Notes under the pieces: model-generated
What the model saw: the letters and a program-made list of their open reading frames with translations, nothing else
What the model was told of the DNA's origin: nothing
Database searches by the model: none
Assembly (NCBI GenBank): GCA_029547205.1
Contig: JAKPPT010000142.1
Coordinates: forward strand, 6,628-70,627
From: Spirochaetota bacterium
Lineage (GTDB): Bacteria > Spirochaetota > Spirochaetia > Treponematales > UBA12059
DNA: 64,000 bases
Direction: 5' to 3'
In this document: in pieces, positions 57,529 through 64,000 of the stretch
How the letters are laid out: every line of letters begins with the position of its first letter
How positions within the stretch are numbered: position 1 is the first letter of the stretch
Position numbers and translations under genes: made by a program

Positions 57529-59283
57529 TCAAACTAAAATTCTATTCATCCACAAATATGCAAAAAACACTATAAATGCAATAAAAAATGCAAAAAACAG
57601 TCCAGAAAAACTTCTTTTTCTCATTCCAATTGCCTCCAGTAATAGTTTCACTGGTTTACATTGCAATAAAACAAAAAGTATACACCCGGAGATGACAATT
57701 ATTAATGTTTTTAATAAAGTAAGCCTCGAATAAATACTTTCAGGAATAGCCAAATAGCTCACATCATGCATCAAAGAATTTACAAATCCATATACTGTTT
57801 TATAAAACCAATTACCACCAATACCACTTAGTAAACAAAACAGTGTACCTGAAACGAGCGCAATGCTTATATAAATATTCTGCTTACTACAAGTATCATT
57901 TTTATCAATAATTGTTGACTGTTCATTATCATGAGTATTCCAGAATATTTGTGATAACTTTATAAATGAAGCGACAGTCCCAATTGAGCTTGCAAACAAC
58001 AGCCAATACAGTGGTCCAGATTTTATAGCATTAGTAATTAAATTTTTGCTTATATAACCATTCCATGGTGGAAAAGCAGTAATAGAAAATGCCCCAGCTA
58101 AAAATGCCAGTAACACAATATATGGCGAAATACCTTTTTGTTTTAGTATTACTAAACTATTACGTATCTTAAAAACATCTCGAGAATCAGAAACATCGAG
58201 TACTGTTCCTACAGCAAGAAAGAGAAGTCCTTTAAACATTCCATGAAACAATGCATGCAAAAATGAAGCTGTAAAAAACAATTTTCCAGACAAAGTTTGC
58301 AATCCTGCCGAAAGGGCTAAACCCCATGCGCAAACAACATACCCTATCTGACTCACTGAATGATAAGCAAGTAATCGTTTAGCATCATGCTGCCCCAATG
58401 CAAGTATAACCCCAATGCAGGCAGTAATTGCCCCAGCATAAGCAAATGCATTTCCTATAAATTCACTAAACGGTAAAATAATTACAAAGCGTAAAAGAAT
58501 AAATAACGGTGTTTTTATAAGAATTCCAGATAGCACGGCAGAAACTGGATGAGGTGCCATTGCATGAGCATCAGGAAGCCATCCATATACCGGAACAACA
58601 GCTACCCTGAGTGCTATCGCAGCAATAATTGCTGTAGCACTTATCATAATTGATATTTGATAATTACCGTGAATCGAAGTGATTCTACTTGCAATTTCCG
58701 ACAATGCAAGAGTACCTGTAAGATTATATAAAAAATACATTCCTATAAGGTATAACAACATTGCTGTTGCACTTATTAATAGATAACTAAGCGAAGCTAA
58801 CCATGCATGTGGCTTATCCGCAAAAACAACTAATACATATGACGTTATGCCAAGAACCTCAAGACACACAAAAAGATTAAATATATCTGTAGTTATAGCA
58901 AATGCACTTAAAAAAGCCAGCTGTATAAAGTATATAGTATCAAAAATGTCATATTCCAATTTTATTGCTCTTGAATATATCCATGCAGGTATCGATAACA
59001 AATAACCAAGTATGATTATGATTATAGCAAGACCATCAAACGAATAGGTTATACCCCTCAAAAAGCTCCATCCGCCGATAGTTCCTGTGAAAGTATTACC
59101 ACTATAAACAGATAGAGCTGTTATATAAATAGGTATAATCGGCAACACCAATGCACTAAAAACCGCTAAGTAATAAACAAGTTTTCTAATTATTTTTATT
59201 TTTATAACTCGAGATATAAGAACTAGAGCTGCTCCAAACAATGGAAGTACGATTATTAAAAATGAAATGTTTTCAAGACTCAA
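57529..59283 (-). CDS. mrpD: Mrp/Mnh antiporter subunit D (NuoN/NuoM-like proton-conducting subunit; MbhH-like)
   Basis: 584 aa, about 14 TM helices, with complex I antiporter-like blocks (AMAPHPVSAVLSGILIKTPLF, LLAYHSVSQIGYV). Confidence 0.85.
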   Translation of the reverse strand: MSLENISFLIIVLPLFGAALVLISRVIKIKIIRKLVYYLAVFSALVLPIIPIYITALSVYSGNTFTGTIGGWSFLRGITYSFDGLAIIIIILGYLLSIPAWIYSRAIKLEYDIFDTIYFIQLAFLSAFAITTDIFNLFVCLEVLGITSYVLVVFADKPHAWLASLSYLLISATAMLLYLIGMYFLYNLTGTLALSEIASRITSIHGNYQISIMISATAIIAAIALRVAVVPVYGWLPDAHAMAPHPVSAVLSGILIKTPLFILLRFVIILPFSEFIGNAFAYAGAITACIGVILALGQHDAKRLLAYHSVSQIGYVVCAWGLALSAGLQTLSGKLFFTASFLHALFHGMFKGLLFLAVGTVLDVSDSRDVFKIRNSLVILKQKGISPYIVLLAFLAGAFSITAFPPWNGYISKNLITNAIKSGPLYWLLFASSIGTVASFIKLSQIFWNTHDNEQSTIIDKNDTCSKQNIYISIALVSGTLFCLLSGIGGNWFYKTVYGFVNSLMHDVSYLAIPESIYSRLTLLKTLIIVISGCILFVLLQCKPVKLLLEAIGMRKRSFSGLFFAFFIAFIVFFAYLWMNRILV

Positions 59284-59605
59284 TTTTATCCCTCAGCTCA
59301 TCTATATCAAATGTTCGATAGGTTAAATATAAATTATATGCAAGTCCGAGTGCCAGAGCAGTGATACATACACTTATCACAATAGCAGTAAGCATCAAAG
59401 CCTGTGGAATAGGATCAACAACATTATAAACAGTATTTTCCAGAATGGGTGCACTTTCGCCAATTTCAGCGCCTCGTACAATAAATAACAAAACAACAGC
59501 ACTATTCATAATACCAAGACCAAATATCTTTTTTATGATATTTTTAATAAACACAACAGCAAAAAGACCAGTAAGAAATATGAGATATATCAATAATTCA
59601 TTCAT
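59273..59605 (-). CDS. mrpC: Mrp/Mnh antiporter subunit C (NuoK-like)
   Basis: 110 aa, 3 TM helices, FGLGIMNSAVVLLFI...DPIPQALMLTAIVISVCITALAL. Confidence 0.8.
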   Translation of the reverse strand: MNELLIYLIFLTGLFAVVFIKNIIKKIFGLGIMNSAVVLLFIVRGAEIGESAPILENTVYNVVDPIPQALMLTAIVISVCITALALGLAYNLYLTYRTFDIDELRDKIES

Positions 59606-59725
59606 TGAGTTCTCCTCTCAGCATTGCGATACACAATAACCCCATATTTAGTCCTACTTTGATTCCAATAACAATATTCAATACCGATATATACACTACA
59701 GGTTTTAGTTCATTAAAAGGATTTT

Positions 59726-60316
59726 TTAGAAAAAAAGAGCCTGTAAACAGGCCAAGAAAAAACTTACCAATAAGAGTATAAACACCATAACTTCAATTTT
59801 TTTTAACATTTGTGTTATCGCCATGTACTTCGATTTATTTTCTATAAACACAAATGATAGAATAACTATACCTGATGCTAAAACAGACCCTCCCTGAAAT
59901 CCTCCTCCAGGAGAACGATAGCCAAAAGCCATAATATACATTCCAAATATAATAATTGCTGGTCCCAGTTTTGATACAATGACTTTGATAATACTTGTCC
60001 TTCTAGTTTTATATGTTAAAGTCTCTTTAGTACTATCAGTAGCAATGAATAACGATTTCTGTGCGTGGCGTAATAAATATAACGTTCCCATAGCAGCAAT
60101 AAATAAGACAATAGTTTCTCCCAGTGTATCATAAGCTCTATATCCAAGATAAATTGCACTTACAATATTTGGTGCTCCAGTTTCCTGAATGGTATTTGTT
60201 TCATAAATATCTCTTAATTCGGTCGGCCATGGTATTCTGGTAAGCATAAGAATTCCTATGAAAAGACTTGCTAAAGTAAAAGTAATAAAACCAATAATTT
60301 TTTTAATTATCCGCAT
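59726..60316 (-). CDS. mrpB: Mrp/Mnh antiporter subunit B, apparently truncated by a homopolymer frameshift (the repaired gene would span 59598..60316)
   Basis: GAPNIVSAIYLGYRAYDTLGETIVLF is an MnhB signature. Start moved to ATG 60316 (MRIIKK). See the finding on the A7 run at 59730-59736. Confidence 0.7.
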   Translation of the reverse strand: MRIIKKIIGFITFTLASLFIGILMLTRIPWPTELRDIYETNTIQETGAPNIVSAIYLGYRAYDTLGETIVLFIAAMGTLYLLRHAQKSLFIATDSTKETLTYKTRRTSIIKVIVSKLGPAIIIFGMYIMAFGYRSPGGGFQGGSVLASGIVILSFVFIENKSKYMAITQMLKKIEVMVFILLLVSFFLACLQALFF

Positions 60317-60554
60317 GAGTGTTTTGCTCCAATGTTTTAACTGCTCTAAACACCCAGAGATATGCAATAGTAGAAAGACCAGCACCAACAGCAGCTTCCG
60401 TTATAGCAACATCTGGTGCATTTAAGTAATAAAACAGTAACGCAGATAATAAGCTAACTGCAGATAAAGCTATGATGCCCACAAATAAATTTTTATGAGA
60501 AAGTGAGAGAATAGATAATCCGAGAATTAAACTTAAAAGAACTGCACTAAACAT
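60303..60554 (-). CDS. DUF4040 / MbhD-like small membrane subunit (equivalent to the MrpA C-terminal domain)
   Basis: LNAPDVAITEAAVGAGLSTIAYL is the DUF4040 motif. Start moved to ATG 60554 (MFSAVLL), an 8-nt overlap with mrpG. Confidence 0.7.
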   Translation of the reverse strand: MFSAVLLSLILGLSILSLSHKNLFVGIIALSAVSLLSALLFYYLNAPDVAITEAAVGAGLSTIAYLWVFRAVKTLEQNTHADN

Positions 60555-60861
60555 CTTTATTCCTTTTTTGTTTCCATGGAATAATTCCTGAATTCCATAA
60601 TAATTGTATAACGACGTGACTTCCTGTTGGAGAAGAAACAACAAAGAAGAGCATAATTACAATAACTCTGGCAAAAAAATGCCAGTCAGGTGCAGAAAAT
60701 AAACATGCTATAAATACAGTAAATACAGCTGTCGTTGAAGCAAGCGAACCAGCATGAAGGCGTGCATATGCATCGGGAAAAGTGAATAATCCTATAATAC
60801 CTACAGTTCCAAACAACGCAGAAATAAGAAATAAAATCGATGCCAGTATATCAACTATCAT
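60547..60861 (-). CDS. mrpG: Mrp/Mnh antiporter subunit G
   Basis: GTVGIIGLFTFPDAYARLHAGSLASTTAV matches the MrpG pattern (G-x-x-R-x-PD-x-Y-x-R-x-H). Confidence 0.8.
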   Translation of the reverse strand: MIVDILASILFLISALFGTVGIIGLFTFPDAYARLHAGSLASTTAVFTVFIACLFSAPDWHFFARVIVIMLFFVVSSPTGSHVVIQLLWNSGIIPWKQKRNKDV

Positions 60862-60863
60862 TG

Positions 60864-61148
60864 CTATTCCTCATCTGCAGTATATGATTTTAAGTGCTTT
60901 TCCAGAATCTTTGCAATTGCAAGAAAACCCAGAAACCCGAAAATATCATAAACCAGTGCAACATCTAAGAAAAGAGAAGATTGTTTCTGCGTTCCAATAA
61001 GCACAAGCAGACCCAATACGAGTCCAGACAACAAATTAAGCGCTACAAGACGATCAGCAGTCGATGGCCCCATTATCAGCTTAATAACACATGCTACAAT
61101 CCAGAGTAAAAAAATAAATACCATACCATCAATTACAAAGTGTATCAT
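60864..61148 (-). CDS. mrpF: Mrp/Mnh antiporter subunit F
   Basis: 94 aa. IKLIMGPSTADRLVALNLLSGLV matches the MrpF GP-x-x-x-DR motif. ATGA overlap with mrpE. Confidence 0.8.
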   Translation of the reverse strand: MIHFVIDGMVFIFLLWIVACVIKLIMGPSTADRLVALNLLSGLVLGLLVLIGTQKQSSLFLDVALVYDIFGFLGFLAIAKILEKHLKSYTADEE

Positions 61149-61663
61149 AACCAGACCCTTCTAATACTTGCTTCCATGCTCTTTTTTATTTCTTCACCTG
61201 CAGCTTTGCTATGCCTTGAAACTACAAAAAGCCAATGTACAGTTATATGGTCTTCATCAAGATTTATAACAACAGTTCCTGGAGTAAATGTAATTGCATT
61301 TGCAAGCGCAGATCTTCCTATATCACTGGATAGTTTGGTTTTAATATAAACGACCCCAGGATTTATTGCACGTGTAAAAATGCTACAAAAAACTTTCCAG
61401 CTAGCAACATACATGCTATAGACTAAAAATATATAAGCTCTTATTAAATTGAATGGGCGAGGAATGAGAGCATGGCGTGCAGCCTCATCAATATTGATAA
61501 ATAATTTATATGTAAATAAACTTATAATAACTGCTATGTAAAAGCCAAAAAGCAGCCAAAACGCGCTAAAATCTGATGAAAAAATAATCCAGATAAAAAA
61601 AAGAACAATTGTAGTAATAATAAAACGGATAATATTCCATAAATGAGTATTACTAATTCGCAT
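61145..61663 (-). CDS. mrpE: Mrp/Mnh antiporter subunit E
   Basis: LANAITFTPGTVVINLDEDHITVHWL is the MrpE signature. ATG 61663 is preferred over the GTG at 61669. Confidence 0.75.
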   Translation of the reverse strand: MRISNTHLWNIIRFIITTIVLFFIWIIFSSDFSAFWLLFGFYIAVIISLFTYKLFINIDEAARHALIPRPFNLIRAYIFLVYSMYVASWKVFCSIFTRAINPGVVYIKTKLSSDIGRSALANAITFTPGTVVINLDEDHITVHWLFVVSRHSKAAGEEIKKSMEASIRRVWL

Positions 61664-62108
61664 CACCACTCTCGAGTATTTTTATAAATTCTTGCACTGT
61701 TTGGCATGAACGTATTTTAGCGCGTGTTTCGTCATCATGCAGTATACGTGCAATTTTGGATAAAAGTTTCAAATGGATACGCGCTTCCTGCGAAGGACCA
61801 ACCAGTATGAATACAATATCGACAGCAATATCATCTGGAGTTGCAATGGCAAGCGGTTTTTTTAAGAGTGCAGCACCGACAGCTGTATGTACTGCTTGCG
61901 GTAGTGCAGCATGAGGAACAGCACAGCCCAAACCTATAGCAGTTGATGATGCTTGTTCTCGCTGTTTTATTGCTGATGTAATCGACTCAGTACTGCATCC
62001 TACCTTTGGCGCGATCACTCTGGCCACTGTATCAATTATACTTTCAAACGTCGTAGTCATATCTAATAAAAAAACTGAATCTTCACTTACATAATCTAAT
62101 AGATGCAT
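61653..62108 (-). CDS. PTS EIIA type-2 domain protein (PtsN/EIIA-Ntr-like)
   Basis: LLDYVSEDSVFLLDMTT..., GLGCAVPHAAL (phosphorylatable His) and DIVFILVGP..HLKLLSKIARIL. Start moved to ATG 62108. The gene overlaps mrpE by 11 nt. Confidence 0.8.
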   Translation of the reverse strand: MHLLDYVSEDSVFLLDMTTTFESIIDTVARVIAPKVGCSTESITSAIKQREQASSTAIGLGCAVPHAALPQAVHTAVGAALLKKPLAIATPDDIAVDIVFILVGPSQEARIHLKLLSKIARILHDDETRAKIRSCQTVQEFIKILESGDAN

Positions 62109-62110
62109 TC

Positions 62111-62467
62111 TCAATCCTCCGGCCATAAGCCAATAGCCCAATCTACTGGCACTGTAAACATAATTCCTGTTCCTGGGTTATCAAATCCCCCAATAATTTT
62201 GTCAACTAAAGGAACTAATTTTTTTATGAGTTCTTCATTCTGAACAACAGCAATAATTGTTTTATTATATGGTTTATTGCCTTTCATGAATTCTTTAAAG
62301 CCTGCAAATAGCGGAATCTCGTATGTCAAAAATCTTCCCATACCCTCAGAATCGATGAGTGTCGCACCACTGATTCCAACTTCGACATAGGCTTCCATGA
62401 CTTCTTCCAGAAAATCTTCATTGTTTAAAACAAAAACAAGCAGTTTCACAGTTTTAGTATGAGGCAA
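62111..62467 (-). CDS. PII-like (GlnB/DarA-fold) signalling protein
   Basis: A beta-alpha-beta-beta-alpha-beta pattern: KLLVFVL / EDFLEEVMEAYVEVG / GATLIDSEGMG, a T-loop-like insert, IIAVVQ / EELIKKLVPLVDKII / GIMFTVPVD. The C-terminal motif resembles the GlnB G-x-IFV-x-PV motif. Confidence 0.6.
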   Translation of the reverse strand: MPHTKTVKLLVFVLNNEDFLEEVMEAYVEVGISGATLIDSEGMGRFLTYEIPLFAGFKEFMKGNKPYNKTIIAVVQNEELIKKLVPLVDKIIGGFDNPGTGIMFTVPVDWAIGLWPED

Positions 62468-62500
62468 AAATAATAATTGTCAATAAAATTTCTAAAAAAA

Positions 62501-63481
62501 TTAGTATAACTCTGTAAGATTTACAGGATACAGCCCCTTTCCTGTCCGCAAATATGCTATAATATTATCACATGTTTGTTCGATATTATGAATTACTGCC
62601 TGCCAGGTAGAGCCCGCAACATGTGGAGAGAGAACAACATTGTTTAATTCCTCAATGGGATAGCGAGAAGGATGTCCATAGAGAGAGCCCTTTTCAGGAT
62701 ACGTATACCAGACATCAATCGCAGCTCCCCGTAATGTTCCATTAACAAGTGCATTGTAGAGTGCTTCTTCCTCTACGATTTCACCACGACCTACATTTGT
62801 TAGCCACGCACCTTGCATGCGCTTTAATTCCCGTTCACTAATAAGATGCTTTGTATGTTCAGTGAGCGGTAATGTTATAAAAACTATTTCTGCACCGGTA
62901 AGAGCTTCATCGAGATTGGTGGTTACAGCATCAAATCCAGGGATGCTCTGTGTCGATGGACTTCGCTTAAACCCAATTACAGAACATGAAAATGCTTTAC
63001 AGAACAGTGCCAATTTTTGTCCGATTGCACCTGTCCCTAAAATAGCACATTTTTTCCCCTCAATTGACTCCCAGTAATCTTCCCTTCCTTTACCAACCCA
63101 AAAACCGTGCCACTTAGTATTCTTAAGGTCATTGTGAAACTCAATTATTCTTCCAAAACCAGCCAGCGTGAGGGCAAGAGCACGTTCCGCAACGCTAAAA
63201 GCATTTCCATGGCAATTATACACAGCAATATTACGTGCTCGTAACACATCAATTGGTAAATGATTGATTCCTACAAATGGAACAAAAACCGCTTTCAAAT
63301 TGTTAGCCTGTATGTAATAGCTGTGCTCTATGGCATTTGCTACAACAGCATCGAGCTTCGCAAATTGTTCTAAACATGTATCAACACCCAACACCAACTC
63401 TATATTTGGAAATTCTTTTTGAATCGCCTGCACGGCCTTTTTCCACTCGTCATTCATAGGAACACAAAAACCAAGCCTCAT
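62501..63481 (-). CDS. D-isomer-specific 2-hydroxyacid dehydrogenase family protein
   Basis: NAD-binding ILGTGAIGQKLALFCKAFSCSVIGFKR; catalytic region TNVGRGEIV...AAIDVW...SPHVAGST. GGAGG lies 5 nt upstream of ATG 63481 (MRLGF), preferred over the track start 63559. Confidence 0.85.
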   Translation of the reverse strand: MRLGFCVPMNDEWKKAVQAIQKEFPNIELVLGVDTCLEQFAKLDAVVANAIEHSYYIQANNLKAVFVPFVGINHLPIDVLRARNIAVYNCHGNAFSVAERALALTLAGFGRIIEFHNDLKNTKWHGFWVGKGREDYWESIEGKKCAILGTGAIGQKLALFCKAFSCSVIGFKRSPSTQSIPGFDAVTTNLDEALTGAEIVFITLPLTEHTKHLISERELKRMQGAWLTNVGRGEIVEEEALYNALVNGTLRGAAIDVWYTYPEKGSLYGHPSRYPIEELNNVVLSPHVAGSTWQAVIHNIEQTCDNIIAYLRTGKGLYPVNLTELY

Positions 63482-63579
63482 GTTTTCCTCCATCGCACCA
63501 TTATAGTATAAACAATGCAATAATAGTATAATATGAAAAATTTTTTTAGAATAACACATTGATTGTGACGGAGATTTTT

Positions 63580-64000
63580 ATGCATAAAAATTTTATTGCT
63601 ATTTGTATCATCACTATTGTACTTGCATCCTGTCTTGCAACACAGCCAGCACCTGCTCCGGTCTCCACACCAGAACAGCAGGAACCGGACATTCTTGCAA
63701 TTATCCAAAACAATGATCTCGCGGCCATGGAAGAACTTTTTAAAGGTAAAGAGCTTATTAATAAACCTTCAAAAGATGGACGGTACCCACTCCATTTAGC
63801 AGTACTCAATAATTCTGAGCAAATGGTCACACTGCTGCTCTCTATGGGCGCTCAACCTGACCCTGAAGATCCTGAAGGCAAAACACCTTTACGCTATGCT
63901 ATCGATCTCAACGCGTATTCCATTGCAAAACTGCTGCTTTCACACGGTGCAAAACTTTTCGTTCGTGATGTTTCGGGACAGACTCCTTTTGATCTAATTC
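63580..64000 (+). CDS. Ankyrin-repeat lipoprotein. The 3' end runs off the window; absent from the supplied ORF track.
   Basis: Own translation gives MHKNFIAICIITIVLASC (lipobox LASC), then ankyrin repeats DGRYPLHLAVLNNSEQMVTLLLSMGAQPD and EGKTPLRYAIDLNAYSIAKLLLSHGAKL. Confidence 0.7.
   Translation, partial: MHKNFIAICIITIVLASCLATQPAPAPVSTPEQQEPDILAIIQNNDLAAMEELFKGKELINKPSKDGRYPLHLAVLNNSEQMVTLLLSMGAQPDPEDPEGKTPLRYAIDLNAYSIAKLLLSHGAKLFVRDVSGQTPFDLI

Noticed and set aside
1-64000. Visual search for CRISPR arrays, tandem or interspersed repeats, IS elements, integrases, prophage genes and toxin-antitoxin pairs.
   Set aside because: None were recognised by eye. No transposase or integrase-like ORFs appear in the track, and I saw no regularly spaced direct repeats. 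A computational repeat scan would be needed to exclude short or degenerate repeats.

Overview
AT-rich, densely coding 64-kb chromosomal segment: about 65 protein genes and one tRNA-Arg. I saw no rRNA, CRISPR array, transposase or integrase. The gene content suggests a spirochaete, Treponema-like chromosome (inference only). This rests on a V-type ATPase operon in the order E-DUF2764-A-B-D-I-K, MCP-type chemoreceptors, a PtsN-like EIIA without a sugar PTS, relaxed lipoboxes, and many SpoIIE, cyclase and pseudo-receiver signalling proteins. Housekeeping blocks: (1) a tightly packed minus-strand run infC-rpmI-rplT-zapB-like-zapA-rpoZ-like-miaA-small export protein-UvrD/PcrA helicase; (2) mfd; (3) the V-type ATPase operon; (4) hisS and trmB; (5) kbl; (6) a TetR-controlled RND efflux operon; (7) an M23 peptidase-bactofilin-YaaR-RicT cluster; (8) an Mbh-type (MrpA-less) Mrp antiporter operon. 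Two genes run off the window edges and are missing from the ORF track: a SpoIIE phosphatase at 1..1908 (-) and an ankyrin lipoprotein at 63580..64000 (+). Most noteworthy observations: (a) a 1124-aa protein with no signal peptide, in which a family-5 solute-binding domain sits between two MCP-type signalling hairpins; (b) PII-like and PtsN-like EIIA genes packed directly upstream of (EIIA overlapping mrpE) the Mrp operon; (c) a single-base homopolymer frameshift that truncates mrpB; (d) a perfect 14-bp hairpin sequestering the kbl Shine-Dalgarno sequence, downstream of an ORF-poor stretch of about 600 nt (roughly 850 nt if the doubtful 92-aa ORF is non-coding); (e) a frameshifted ECF sigma factor next to the tRNA; (f) an extra lipoprotein gene coupled between the RND pump and TolC genes; (g) a class III cyclase fused to a 4-TM and coiled-coil module. 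All functional calls come from motif recognition by eye. No database searches were run.
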